Below are positions 1-13,800 of a DNA stretch of 64,000 nucleotides, one piece after another; positions within the stretch are counted from its first letter, which is position 1, and every line of letters begins with the position of its first letter. Source of the stretch: Tubiluchus corallicola. Taxonomy: Eukaryota; Animalia; Priapulida. The stretch covers positions 248,001-312,000 of the forward strand of contig JAQGDQ010002379.1 of assembly GCA_030141605.1 (NCBI GenBank), read 5' to 3'. The notes under the pieces are model-generated. The model searched no databases, had not been told where the DNA came from, and saw only the letters and a list, made by a program, of their open reading frames with translations. The position numbers and the translations under genes were made by a program.

Positions 1-69
1 CGGAATAGTAAGCAGTATCAATAATGTGCACACGTTCCACACAGTGTTCGTTACATATGACAAACACAT
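1..69 (-). CDS. Possible start of a gene running off the left edge (signal-peptide-like N-terminus)
   Basis: Minus-strand ATG at 69 gives MCLSYVTNTVWNVCTLLILLTIP, open to the edge. Candidate acceptors lie near 86-95 and a candidate upstream donor (AG|gtaaag) near 401. No homology recognised. Confidence 0.2.
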   Translation of the reverse strand, partial: MCLSYVTNTVWNVCTLLILLTIP

Positions 70-1050
70 TTTTTAAAATTTATCCTGCAGACCTGCATAC
101 TTTACAGTTTAGTACTTTATGTAGTTGGTCATATTTACTGCCACTGATATTTATGACGAAGCAAAAAACCTTCATAAATCATAAACAATAATATCAAGTA
201 ATCAGGCCTCATATTATTTGAAAGGTTTCATCTATTTTATACAATCTGCATGCGAGCCAAAACTGTTTAAATAATAGTTTACATCAGTTCCATAATATTA
301 TTAATTTCACATATAACTGAAGGGTTTCACATTAAACTGCATGAAACACAATCATGTGGTGAATTGTTATTAGAGAAGAGTAATTTCAGGATAAACTTTA
401 CCTAAACTGACCTGGCTCGGTGGTGGTATGCGATCGTGCCATTATTATTCGCTGGTATCAAATTACGAAGCGTCAATAAAATACAAAATTAGAAATTTTC
501 TGCATCGTCGAAAATGGCTGCTAAACTCGCTGAATAGCTAGAGAATAATTTGACATATATCAGTAAAATCGAGGTGAATCCGTTGAGAAAAAACCGTAAA
601 ATATGAAAAAATAACCAAATATTTCGCTCCTACCCAATGAATAGTTTCACAAAATAAAAAATGTTCGTCCTGCTGTAGAAAGTTTGTAATAAATACACAA
701 TTAACTAGATACACTATAGATTTAATAACCACTTATTTCGAAAGGTCTTAATTGTTCTGACTATTTAAATTACAGGCCAAAAAATAAAATAAAACAATGC
801 ATAGCTTCGTAATTTACGATACGTCGTGGTACAACGTACATAAACTACATAAACTAATTCACGTCGTTATCTAATTATATTGAACCATTAATATTGCTTT
901 CTCTTACTTATATGTTTTTCAAGCTAAAGAAATAGCTTTTTGGTGCGTTATAAATCAAAAACTGTTTTAAGTTGTTTTGTGTCAACTTCATCTCAAAAAC
1001 AGCAAAACTTCTGAACTAAATAAAACAGTAAACACTCTATAAGCACTAGG

Positions 1051-1106
1051 AAAATAAACTGTTACAAGCGTTTTGCAAAAATAAACTGTTACAAGCGTTT
1101 TGCAAA
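1051..1106. repeat. ~27-bp tandem duplication
   Basis: aaaataaactgttacaagcgttttgcaaa occurs twice. Confidence 0.9.
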
Positions 1107-1830
1107 GACGGTGTTTTCTACACGTAATTTTGCCCACAGATATTTTATCTGCAAAAAGCAACGAAACATAAGCTTATCATTGGTACTTGGCATTCTAATT
1201 AAGTAATATTTTTTATTTAAATAGGACAGCATTAGTTTCCAAACTGCACAACAATATTGAAGCGATCTTCGCAAGAGTTTACTTAACTGACATCGTACTT
1301 GGTGCATTGACTTTAAGTCTAACTCCTGTGTACGACATATATAAAAATATATTTTATGTTTCTTATCAATGTGCCGCCTCTCCATATATTTATCCGGATG
1401 TTGTTACGTTTTTACTTTAGATAGAAAGTGATCTTGAACTACGCCGTTAGTTCCATTTTCCAAAATCAAAGGTAAAAAAGGTTTCACAGGCCCAACTGTT
1501 GGTTTTCTAGCTTCGCAGTATAGCAGACATAACATATTTTAAAACAGAATGATCAGTTAAGGTGTATATGTACAGAGGGTGATCTGGTTACACTGTAAGA
1601 GCTGAGCAAATTTACGGATGCGTGAAAATAAACAATAGATTTAATATGATAGCATTGTGAACAGAGATGGACAGCTCGTGGAACGAGGGTCATTTGTTTT
1701 TCCACTCGTTGTTGGTTTTGTCATTAAATGCTGGTTAAATTCACAAGTGAGAACTTTAATTACCGTCACAGGGCTTTCTCGGGTTTATTTAAAGTTCACT
1801 GATTGTCTTCGTGTTAACTGTTGTTAAATG

Positions 1831-2310
1831 CAGGGCCTATTTCAGCCTAAGCGAGGCCCCCTGGGGGGGGGGGGGGCGTTGGACGGGCGCCACCATGGTT
1901 GGCGCCCAGAAAATTTTTGAACTGCTAGAACGCCGGAGAAGTATTTTCGAAGAGAAAATATGAAGTTATACAGTTGTTAAAGGAAAGAACAATTGAAAGA
2001 AAAACTGCTTTATTCTCAAGACCAGTCCTTAATACTTGTCAAATAGTCAAATAAAAAACAACATCTTTGCAATATGTGATACCGTACTCTCTCACTTCCG
2101 TACAAGCCGGTGTTAGAAATTCCGAAATTGAAAACAGCTGAACATCGCACCGAGCCGCTCAAGGCAAACGGCGCGCGTGCGGCAAGAGAGAGGGAGAGAG
2201 GAGACAGTATGTTCGCAAAAAGCAAAAAAAATGTTACTTCGGCGCGAGGCCCCCCTGGAAGGAGAGGCCCCAGGGAAGTAACCCACTCCCCCCCCCTGAA
2301 ATAGGCCCTG
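1831..2310. mobile_element. Non-autonomous hAT-type DNA transposon (MITE), 480 bp
   Basis: Perfect 15-bp TIRs cagggcctatttcag / ctgaaataggccctg; 8-bp TSD gttaaatg at 1823-1830 and 2311-2318. Confidence 0.93.
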
Positions 2311-2724
2311 GTTAAATGTATGTAATTAAAATATAACTGGTTAGTTAATTATGTCTGCCTTCATGTTTTTTTGTTAAGTAGCAGTTCAGTAACTCTCGTG
2401 GTGATATTGAGAAAAATGATTTACGTGGTGCGTGCTGCTAAAATATTGCATGTACACAGCACAGGTACAATACATTCTTAGACATTTTGGTTACTCTGCA
2501 GAAAAGAGTGACCAGAGCTATAAATAAATACCCCAATAAGTCTTCTCTTAATGTACAAAGTAGTTCAATTCCTTCAACTTTACTTTCAAACACTTAACTA
2601 TCTGTTACTGTATCAATTTCTTTTCTTCAGGTCTGCTTAATCATTACCTATTTGGCTTTTGTTAACTACTTAATTAGTGCATAATAGACTCTGCCTATAT
2701 GAACTGGTTGCATGTTTGTAAAAT

Positions 2725-2767
2725 TACCACTGGTGATGACAGCAGCAGCTTGTCGAAACGTTTGGTA
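2725..2767 (+). ncRNA. Degenerate minimal (Penelope-type) hammerhead ribozyme motif
   Basis: tacca-CTGGTGA-t-gacagc(agca)gcttgtc-GAAA-cg-TT-tggta. Stem I is tacca/tggta, stem II is gaca..tgtc, and the core CUGANGA carries one A>G change. Confidence 0.55.
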
Positions 2768-3837
2768 TGATTTTAGCAATTTAAAGTAAAAGTTTTAATA
2801 CCGTTGTATTGCTTTTAAAGTTCTATAAATGTTTTTAAGTGTCTGTAATAAAAATTAACTTCGTTATTTTGTAGATTTACTTGCCTTCCTCGTCACAGTA
2901 GGGAATATGTGTTTTTTTACTGTTACATAAGAGGAAGTGATTAAGAAAAGGCATAGGTTCGAGAAGTGATCTTTTCCCTAACTAACACTGTTTAAATGTA
3001 ACAAAGAATGTATGCCTAGCGATTATATAAAGCATTACTTGTAACACAAATTGCAAATAAAAATGTAAATTACTTTTGTGTAGGCTAAACGTCTTTTAGA
3101 AATGTGTACATAAAACTAATTCCTAAGCTTCACGTCGCAAAAAGGATGGCTAAAATTTTACTATGAATATATTCATCAACTCAGCAAGCCAAACAAAGGT
3201 GTAAGCTATATAATGTTCTACAGATTCGCTCGCTATTTGCCTTACGATATATCCTTTGCATAGGGAAGAGTACGCTTACAACAGAATTATGTGTTAGAAA
3301 TTAGAATGTTAATATATATTTATTTTACAGTGCAACTTATTATAATGGATACTCCCACGAATCACGGTGAGCAACGTCAACGATGCCCAGACTTTCAAAT
3401 ACGAGTTCTGTCCAATTCAAATCATGTAATGTTGCTGATTACGAGAATTTCGCACATTATCGCCTTGCATCATCCAAAATAGTCGAAACCCTAACATTCC
3501 ACGCCAATGAGTCACGCGAAACTTGATTTACTGCACTGTCTGCTACCTTTTCTTTTACCCCTGTAAATTGATTTATTACTGGCGCCCATACAGAACCCGT
3601 TATCAGTTCAAAATTTGTGTCAGACTTCCACTGTCATCTACCCAGTGGACAATAAGAAGCCTGTAGCTATTTGCATTATAATGGTGAGCTGGCATCATTG
3701 CGTACGGTCACATGCAAATCTTGTTCCAGGAATTTCTGGTCGAAAGACTTGACCCGAATACTCATCTGGATGTTATTTTTGTTGTCCTTGTTGGAATTGG
3801 ATAAGAGGCTGTGTAACCAACATTTACAATAGTAATT

Positions 3838-4475
3838 ATAATAACAATAATTTCGTTTAGGACATAAGCCAGGTAATCCACCGTAGGTAATTCAATACTT
3901 ATTTCCGTGGTGGTTCCAGTTATTACCCGCATGCGGAGCTGGATTATGGCTTTTTGGGGCCCCTACGTTAATGAAATTATGGGGCACCCTCAGACGAAGC
4001 CACCCCTACCTCGCCGCATCCGTCTTGAATATTTTTTTACTTGTGATATAGTTTAGCGACATTTAAGTAGGTTGAAATAAACTTATTGCAAATTCTTTAA
4101 ATAAACCAGAATAGCATGTCTTTTGTTTGTCAATAAAAATATTCTTTAAAAGAAATATCCCTATTTTAGTATTTATTGCCAACCAAATTAGCATATATTC
4201 CAACATAACCGTAGTGAAAAACACAAATGTCAACCAAAGTTTGAAAGCTCCCCCCCCCCCAAGCATGAGCAGTTCTAGGCTGCAACCTACGCTGGCCTGT
4301 TGGATAATCCAGTCCTGCCCGCATGTTACTTCGATAATCATAAACACGTACGCTTATCAAAGAAGAACCATCGGTACCATTTTTAAATCTTTGGAATTTT
4401 TAAATCTGGACAGTTGGCCCGCAATCTCCACGGTAGTAAGCGAGCACGTTACCACTGAGCTATTCCCACACCCAA
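3838..4475 (-). mobile_element. tRNA-derived SINE (diverged copy) interrupted by a MITE
   Basis: Colinear with the 6437-6677 copy (taatttcgtttaggacata..; gaagaacca.cggtaccatttt; aagcgagcacg.tacca.tgagcta) once 3934-4317 is removed. Confidence 0.8.
3934..4317. mobile_element. Non-autonomous hAT-type MITE nested in a SINE
   Basis: Imperfect TIRs cggagctggattat / ataatccagtcctg; exact 8-bp TSD cccgcatg at 3926-3933 and 4318-4325. Confidence 0.85.
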
Positions 4476-5588
4476 TAACTATAGACAAGTCAATAATGTT
4501 CCATCTAGCAGCAGTGTAACTGCACAGCTAAATAACACAAGGAGGACGTTTTCAACAGAACGACTGAACTACACCAAACAACAGGGGCAACTTTTGTAGA
4601 TGGTGTGGTGCTGGTAGGAAGAGAACCTTTCATGAATGATAATCCTCTGCGATTTCAAATTAGGCACTCATATTGCGAACTAGCAACAGTTAACGTGGCA
4701 GTAGTAAGGCATTAAAGTTATTATGAAGTTCCAAGTAGGGTATGGAAGTTATTATAATTTTTGGTTTCGATGCTTAATAAATTACTTAATAAAAAGCTGA
4801 TTCGACTCCAATGTTTACATTGGAACTGGAAGTGGTGCTGAATTGTGAATGTGTGTGTAACGTATTTTGTTAATCATGTTTACTATTGACAAGCTATCAG
4901 CATAGTAGTGTTAGTTTTTTGCTGGATTCACTGCTATGTTTACCTGTATTGAGAGCAGATTTCTTTTATTTTAGAATTCTCCCTGTCCACTACAACATGT
5001 GGTTGTTTCTTCTCCTCTTTTCCTTCTTCCTATCCCTAATCTTACTATTTTTTTCCATTCCATCATTTCTTCTTGCCCCAACCATTCTTTCATTCTCTCA
5101 TTTCCTGTCACCTCAACAAGCCAAGCTTTCAAGGTGTCATACAGCAACTCTTTTATTTGGTTAATTTGACTTCATCAACGTTTTTTAACCTATACTGTTT
5201 CTTTTTTTTCAATAATTTTGTACGTTGATGTATTGTATATGTATTGCTGGAGTGAAATAAATTGATTTTGATTTTTGAACATAGTCGTAATGGGAATAAA
5301 CTATAATGATACGATGATGAATGTTTACAGGTTCTAAACTGTACTTTGCTCATCGGCTTTACTAGAAAACCTGTATACAGAGTTTGTATTGTTTTTGTAT
5401 ATTTTTGTAACTACAACACTTAGTGAAAACACATCGTGAAATCAGACGCGCCATACATTCTTGCTTTCAATGCCAGCTGGAGCCTGGGTCAGTTGCTTAG
5501 CGATAAATAACCTAAATTTGTTAATGTAAGTCACTACGGTTGCTAGATGGAGACTTACTTTTTGCATCAGACTGAATAACAATAAAAA

Positions 5589-5651
<63 letters not shown>

Positions 5652-5729
5652 CAGCAGTAGCAGTAGCAGTAGCAGTAGCAGTAGCAGCATCAGCAGCAGC
5701 AGCAGCAGCAGTAGTAATAATAATAATAA
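5589..5729. repeat. Compound trinucleotide microsatellite (TAG)n-(CAG/TAG)n-(TAA)n
   Basis: Directly visible; it explains the poly-Leu ORF 5442-5741. Confidence 0.97.
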
Positions 5730-6436
5730 CTTGTAATTCATAATGGATCTATTTCAGATATTTTAGTATAATACAAGTACTGTCATAATATTCATTCACA
5801 GACCAGTTAGCTCAAGGGAAAAGAATTTTCACCTCAAAAACTGCTATATATATATATATTATTTATATATCATCTATATATACATTTATTTGCATATTAT
5901 AATGCCATACATTGACAAGTTAGTATGATGGTAGCAATGTAAATTACTAAAGTAATTAATTAATTGAACAAAAGTGTTAGATACATAGTTTCAATTTCAT
6001 CGTACGTAAATTCGGGTATTAATATTTCGTTGTTCAACGTTCAATAAAATTCACGTGCTACTACTAATCCGATCATTGCAACCATAATTATTGTCATAAT
6101 AACGTAGAAAAATTTTATTCTTTCCCAACGTTGTTAAGCTATTCTGAGTATTTAAGACTGACAATGCACGCAAGAGTTCATTTTTAGAGTTATCAATTGA
6201 TTTCGATAGATTCAGAGCACGTTTAACAATTATCTTTGTAAGAGGATACGTGTCTGCAAAGCATGTTGTCATACTACAATGAGAATTCCTTGGAAAAACA
6301 CGGCGTAAAATTTTTCTATATTCCATTGCTAATGGATCGTTATTGTCTGTTAACTCAAATATTGAGCTACCATAGAAAAATGTATAGCAAAAAATATGAA
6401 GATAACAATTTCATTAAAGCAGATTTATTAGTTATT

Positions 6437-6677
6437 AGTAATAATAATAATTTCGTTTAGGACATAGTCCAGGGATATCACCTTAAGTAACTCAATACTT
6501 TTCAAGATGGTCCCGATTACCCGTTCAAGGTGGTCCACGTACTACGATAAGTACGTGTGCTTGGTTGAAGAACCAGCGGTACCATTTTCAAGTATTTGGT
6601 ATGACTCGGTCGGGAGTTGAACCCGTGACCTCCGGAGTGAGAAGCGAGCACGCTACCATTGAGCTACACCACCCGGT
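6437..6677 (-). mobile_element. tRNA-derived SINE, near full length
   Basis: Minus strand: GGTGGTGTAGCTCAATGGTAGCG (A box) ... GGGTTCAACTCCC (B box), then body gtcataccaaatacttgaaaatggtacc and a (TTA)n tail. A second copy lies at 3838-4475. Confidence 0.88.
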
Positions 6678-6859
6678 AAGTAACAGTTAAAAAAGGATGA
6701 AAGTGAATTAGCAGCTGTAAAGCCACTTTTGAAATATATGACATCCAGTGATTGATTTAAATCATAGGTGACAATACGCCCTAAGTGATTAACACTATCG
6801 TGCCATTTTAATACTTTTCCATTAATTTCAATATTAGTTACATTAGCATGTTTTCATTT

Positions 6860-7080
6860 TCTGAATAGAATCATTTTCGGTGGCAAACTCCCTGCATCTT
6901 TTAATCATCTTTTTTGAAGCATTTACAGACGGAGCAAGGAGAGTTACGTCGTCCGCGTAACCAGTCGCCCCGACAAATTGGTTTAGCAAGTAACATTCTA
7001 ATCTGCTTTTTTAGCTTATGTAGTAGATCATTAATATATACCGTGAACAAAATCAAAGAAAGCATGCTGCCTTGTCTTAT
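6860..7080 (-). mobile_element. Degenerate non-LTR retrotransposon RT fragment
   Basis: Minus-strand translation contains ILFTVYINDL and GYADDVTLLAPS (YADD motif) with frameshifts/stops. Confidence 0.7.
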
Positions 7081-10000
7081 TCAGTGAGTCGGCAGTATCA
7101 CAGGTCACGTGACGCAAGTAAGCAATAGCTACCCTGCATCTTTATTCGAATAGCTCACAGCGCAAAAAAAGCTTCGTGCCAATCTAAAGGCGAACTATTC
7201 TGCGTTTCAGCGTTGCACGGCAATTAAAATCTCCACCGAACTTTCGTGTTGAACTGCAAACGTGAGCATTACATACAAATAAGATCTTGGAAATGTGGTA
7301 TAACTTTTCCACCTAGACATTTCATACTCAACATGCAGCTGGTCTTTTCTTGTCCTTTAAATGATCGGTTGTGTCCGAGTTTCACCACTTTTTGAGGATG
7401 CGGTAACTGTAATGTTATTTCAACATTTTTAACGTGCAGTTAACTTAGGAATTAATTACAGCCTATAAACTGTTAGCTCAGCTCTTTAAAAAACGAGCCC
7501 ACTTCCTAAATTCCCATTTCCAGAATGGCTTAATAAAATTACAGGTCAATCGGGTAAACGATAATAATTTTGCACTTTTTTGAAAGCGACTTGCTGCTCC
7601 TGTTCTAATAGCATAAACACTGCAGCAAATAACAAAAAGTCATATTATGAATGTACATATTATTGCGCTTTTTACTCATAATTGTGGAGCAGCTTTCATC
7701 GATTCAATGGCATGCAGCATCGTTATTAATATATCCCTGGAACAGGATATGATCACATATTATGAGTCTTCTCTTCCTGGAGGTAACTTAAATTAATGAC
7801 TTGCGTAACAGTAGTATAGATAGACATTTCGCACCACAGAAAAATCGTATAATACTGCGCGCTACAGTCAAGCACGCAATTCTGCATAATTTTACATAAT
7901 TCCAGACACATTTTAGATAAATTCCCACAAAGTTAGTCACATGTATCATGATGTATGTCGTTTGGTAAAACTAAAAACACTTACCGTAAAAAAATTATAA
8001 CATTTCCGCCAAGAATTTTTCCCATCCACCATTAGACAGCAATGCCAGCTTACAGCTATGAAGGTAGGGTTACCAAATTAACGTATTTTCAACAAGCATG
8101 AAGTTCTAGCAATCTTTGACAAAACGTCGCCCTGCGGTCACTTTTAATCAACTGGACCTTATGTCGTATTGTTGTTTTGTTAACTCGCCAGTGAGCATTT
8201 CGTCGTCTGCTGATTGCACCTGTTGCGCTCAGGTGAAGATGCTTAGCTTCCGGCTTCAGCGAATGAATGTTGAAACCTCCTCTGGCTGAATCAACGAAGC
8301 TGTAATCAGATACAGCGCCACACTGTGGCAAATACTCTAAACATTGTACATGCAGAACCAAGCCGTCTGTGTACACTTCACATTTTCATAGCAAATTTCC
8401 TTCAATAAAATAATGCAAATGTTATGTGAAATTTAATATGAAAAGTTTGTATGTTTGTGAATGTCCTTATTGGATATTACATTCTCTGATATATTCCGTA
8501 TAATTAAATAATCGTTTTATACTTTTTTGTTTGCATTTAGACACATTTGTCGTGAAACAGTGTTATTATTTTAACATTATGACTATAATGTTGAGGCTTA
8601 CTCAGTTTTATTGTAAAAACAATGAATCATTTTAATGAGAAATAAAATACTACTACTACTAATAATAAATGCCTAGGCGTTCAATGAGGGTGCCAATAGG
8701 AAGGAAAAAATTTACTATTTGTATAAAAGAGGACGTCTTATGATCAATTCTAATGTGCAATTCAGAGCCAATGCTAATGTATCAGGTTTTTAATTTACAG
8801 GCCAATGTTAAAGGAAAACAGGATAATTCTTCATATATTGCTCCATTTTCAGGTCAGATAAAAAGTATGCATTTTAACAGAGTTAATACTGCGAAAATTG
8901 TTTCTGATAACCAAGTAATAGATTTTAAACTTAATTAACGGCAGACGAGCACAACTATTCATGACATCACAAACTAAAATAATTTTCAACAACAAAATCT
9001 TTCCATGAGTACGTTGCACAGTTTGTTAAAGCGAAAATTGAAGTACAGTGCTACTGTAAGATTTCAGTGTGCTGTACTAAAATTAGGCAAGCTCTAAGAT
9101 AAAAATTCACATTTCAAATTCACCTCTGTGCTCACACATAAGCTGTCTAACGTGTGTAGTTTGTCACAAACTAACACATGTAAACTGATAGGTACAGCAC
9201 CTGTTTTTGTACAATGTATTTCCGAAATACAGACGCTACTGCCCATCCAACTACGAATGGCAAACAGCAAGGAACTAGTGACGCGAAAGCGAAATTGTGT
9301 TTGTGTGGTGGTAATAATTGTTTCACGTAAGTCACTTTTGAAAAAAAGTATGTTTCCTTTGAATATTTTAAAGAGTAGTTTGTTTTGACCTACAGTTTAA
9401 GATTGGGTCCAGTTTTGCTTTAAGAATTTAGTGCTCAGACATAGCTTTATTTCTCACACTTTTATGTATTATGTACCAGTTTGAAACTTCAACATTTTTC
9501 CAAAAATGCAAAAAGTGACAAATTTAGACAATATACAAGTACAGATTTAATTTATATATTATTTAATTGGTATGTCGGACACATGAAAATCAACATGTTT
9601 TTTCAAAATATTCAGCATTAGTCTTTTTGAGTTTGCCTTCAACTCATATTATTGTCATTTGTCTCTTACTAAAAAATCAGTTACGTTCACTTAAGAACTC
9701 AAATTAATTAGAAGCTTCTGAATAAACTACACGGGTTTCCTCTTTACGAAACATTAGAAAAACCACAAAAGCTTATGATGTTTTCTGGGACCATGATGAC
9801 GTGGCTTGATTCTGATTATGTAAGTAATCTGATTATGCTATGACGTATAATATAATATGGCTTGATGTATATAATTCTGATTATGCTATGACATGTATAA
9901 TATAATAAAGACAGATTTTACTATTGCGAGTCAGCAGAGAGATAGCTTGTAAAAGCATCAGTAGAAAGAAATGGAAAGCAAAATACGTTCAAATAAATAC

Positions 10001-10825
10001 AATCAAATTGAAAATATTCGTCATTTCTGACAACCAAAAATACGTGTATTATTGTGCTGACATGATAATAAAGATGACTGAGACATCAAATACACCTTGC
10101 AAGACTGAAGACAATTTCAGACAATATTACATACGCAATAGATTACATAGGTCCCCATATTGATTTGATTACTGAGTGTAATCCGTAATAGGATACCCTG
10201 AACCTAGACCTGTGTGTGCATTTTCAATGAAATCAAATAACATGTATCCCCTAAAATACAACCACAAACATAAATGCAGGCCATATGAGTGCTTGATAAA
10301 GACACATAGAAAACATATGTGCAACAGTAATACAAAAACTGTGCTTAAATCAAGTCATCTAAACCAAAAATCATTAGTATTCTTCAAGGTTATATACAGA
10401 TGTAACCAACATTTCACTAGTGGCACACAGTGTTTTCTAGGAACTTAATTTCTTAGTACAGATCTGTTTAGAAGTTACGAAAATATCCCTAGTCTATTGC
10501 TTCAGACTTAAAAGTAATTTTTTATAATATCAACTTATACAGGAACTATTCTTCAAGAAATGGACTATGACCCCCCTATTGTTTGGAAAGCTTCTCGGAT
10601 CTTATCCTAAATACTGCACATTTCAAGCAATTTGTGAGACAAATTGTGGTCATCCCCAATAACAGAACAGGTTTGAATAAGAGCCTGGCATATGACACTC
10701 TGTGCCATCACCTTTGCAGAAAATGCTAAAATTAAAATTATTTACACAACTATAGCTATATGGAAAAGGGAAGAGTTAAGTGGTGTAGCCACGACTAAGC
10801 TTGCATTACAAGTAATGGGTTTAAA

Positions 10826-13800
10826 TTAGTCGAGAATGACGACTTGATCCGAGCGTCCAAAACCGGGAGTTTTCACGTTCACTCTTCGCCACGGTTTGCG
10901 AGCGATCTTTCTCAGTTCGATTCCAGTCAACTGTTTACGAACTTTCCTAAAAATAAGAAACAGCTCGAGCATAGGATACAAAACGCGATGAATATACATC
11001 TACTGCTTTTAAATTTTAATATTTCTATTGTTTATAACACAAGTATGTCAACGAAATCTGGTAAAAAAATTCCATGTAACAAACCTAGTATTATCAGTAG
11101 CATGGAAGTAGACATCATCGGGAGCCTCAACCCAGTTCAGTAAGTGTCTTTTTCCTGCGCGGTTCATCGAGATTTTATCCCGTCCGTTGAATCCATGTGC
11201 ACCCATTCCCATCATAGCCTGCAGTCGCTGGGCACCGTACACGGCACTGGGACGCTGGAGAATTTGCCCAGTCTGAGGACTAGGAGCCAACACAGGACGC
11301 TTTGCTGGATGACCTATTAAAACAAAAAAGCAATGACTGTTATGGGCGATGTGACATTAATTTGCAATATCATGTACCTAATAAGAGGCTTACAGCATCT
11401 TTAATATAACTGTCAACACTGGACAATGGTTTGCAGACAATCACTAAAATAACTTGGGAAATTAAACTTGTAAATGTAAGAAATGTAAAAATGTAAAGCC
11501 GAGAATCGAACATTTTATCGACTGTGTTCAACTGAATATAATCCAATTCACAATTCAATCCAACTAACAATTACGTTGAGTGTACGTACTCCCCTTTAAA
11601 CAAGAAAATTCTGTAACAATGAGCAACAGTCATTTTCCTCTGTAACCTATTGCATTTTTCATTATGACCGTCACTTGACCCCTGACTAGATCATCATCTA
11701 GCATTTCTTTGCTACTTGGTACAATGCAATGAAACGTGTCATACAGAAACAAATATATTCAGTTTTCAGCAACATGATGGTCACCTCGTATAAGGTTTCT
11801 TTGCCGTCTTTTTCAATTATTGATTAAATACAGCGGATTGGTTGGCTATTTTTGTCAAACCTCAACTACATCTTCTCATGGTCCTTAAGAAAAACTGATA
11901 AGCGATTGCCAATGTATTGACAAGCCAAGAAGGAACATGTAAGTTTTCGACAAGAGGCTGGTTAATAGTTGTACATTGATTTGCAGTTTTCCATCTGTCT
12001 TCAGGTCAGTCTTTTATCCTCTGTCCATTAGTGCTCACTTAACAGAATCTGATAAATGCTTGACAGAGTTTGGACAAAATCGTTGACATGTTCTAGCGCA
12101 AAAGCATCCTAAGGAACATCTCATCGTTCAAGTTTCGGACAATTATTGAAAATGTAGGTTTTACTTTGAAGGCAAAAAATTTATAAGTACTTGGGAACAT
12201 AAAGCATAAAAACAATTTTTAATCGATGATAAATGATCTGAACGCTAAATGGAATAAAAAATTACAAAATCTTAACACTAAGTTAATTCAATACGAGCTA
12301 ATCCCAAACACAACCCTTCATTTATCTAATAGTACAGTATTAATGGCAGTGAGGGGTGGGGCACTCATTTTAAGCTGAAATCTTTAATAACAATGTAACT
12401 GCTGCTTACGATAATAGAAGCCGGGAGCTTAAATACAAAATTTTGTAGATTTATTCTATGAGTTAGCAATAAATTTAATACGAGCGCAGTACAGGGCGAA
12501 CTTGGCAAATAGCCCATTGGTATAAATATAATCTGTAGAATATAATCGGTATAAATAATTGGCTACTGGATAAGTCTAATCAATGTGATAAACAAAATGG
12601 AGAAAAAGTTTCACTGATATTTTAAGCTTAAATGTCCTGCCTTTACATCTATGAATAATGATGACAGACACTTGTTTTCGGCAGGAAGTGGCAATCAAAA
12701 AACATTACTAGTTGTTTGTAATTTAATACGCAAACGTTTTCTAAATAGGAAGGATTTACGGAATTTAATATTTATACATTTTATTGTTACCTGATTTTGT
12801 TAAAGTGTTACTTGTGTATGTATAGTTGGGTTTATGGCATACATCAGGGTTTGATGTTGTTTTATAATATGTTATGTATCAATTTGTACTTATATTTCTT
12901 TTTGGCATTTTGTACGTAATGACCATGCACTCTGATAAATACACTTTCATTCAATAAATTATTTAAAATATTCAGATGATAATTAGTGTGATAATAATTT
13001 GAATTTTTTTCTCTCGACTCAGTATTTCTTCCTCCATAGAATGGTGTTGGTCCCATGTAAAATTGTGGTTGTGTACGCAAGAGATAGAAAACATGTTTAT
13101 TTTTAAAAAAACAAAACAATTATTTTATCGTCTGTTTATCGTACCAACCTTGCCGTTTTAATTTTACTTTAGTCAAAATGATTAATCAGACAATAAACTT
13201 ACTTAAAGGACAAAAAACTTTACTTACATAAAACTAAAAAAATCACCTTGAAATTTTGTATCACCTACATGCTGTCTTATTGCGTACAGAGCTTGTATTA
13301 GCAGCATCGCTAGATAAAACTTGAAAACTCCCGCGACGACCATCAGGTACAGCCATTTTAATGGCAGGTCATTTAAAATAAGTTGAAAAAATAATCAGAG
13401 CATTCGTAGCGCACATTTCACTAACTGAACAAAGGTACAAATTGCTGAAACTTGTCAAAAAGATTAAAAATAAGTTTTTTTTGGCGAGTTAGAAGTGCAA
13501 ACTTGAAGGGTGAGCCAATGACATTTTACCAATTGGTGGCGAGAACACTACAATTTTCTTTCCCACTTACATACATTTTTCAACTAAGCATGATGCAAAG
13601 TGCTATAACTTTGTGTGGCAAGTTTTTTGGGATTTAAAACTGCTCGTTATTCCACTTTAATTTCAAGCACCAGACTGATCTACTCAATATCACATTCCAA
13701 GAAACTAATCTAAGGAAACTTACCATCACCACCTGCATGATCAAATGCACGTTTCTTCATGATGGTGGGTGCCAAGTTACCAATACCTGTGCTGCCACCT

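Noticed and set aside
5442-5741. Poly-Leu ORF resembling a membrane protein
   Set aside because: It is the translation of a (TAG/CAG)n microsatellite.
6605-6677. Functional tRNA gene
   Set aside because: The acceptor and anticodon stems pair poorly, it continues into a SINE body and tail, and a second diverged copy is nearby.
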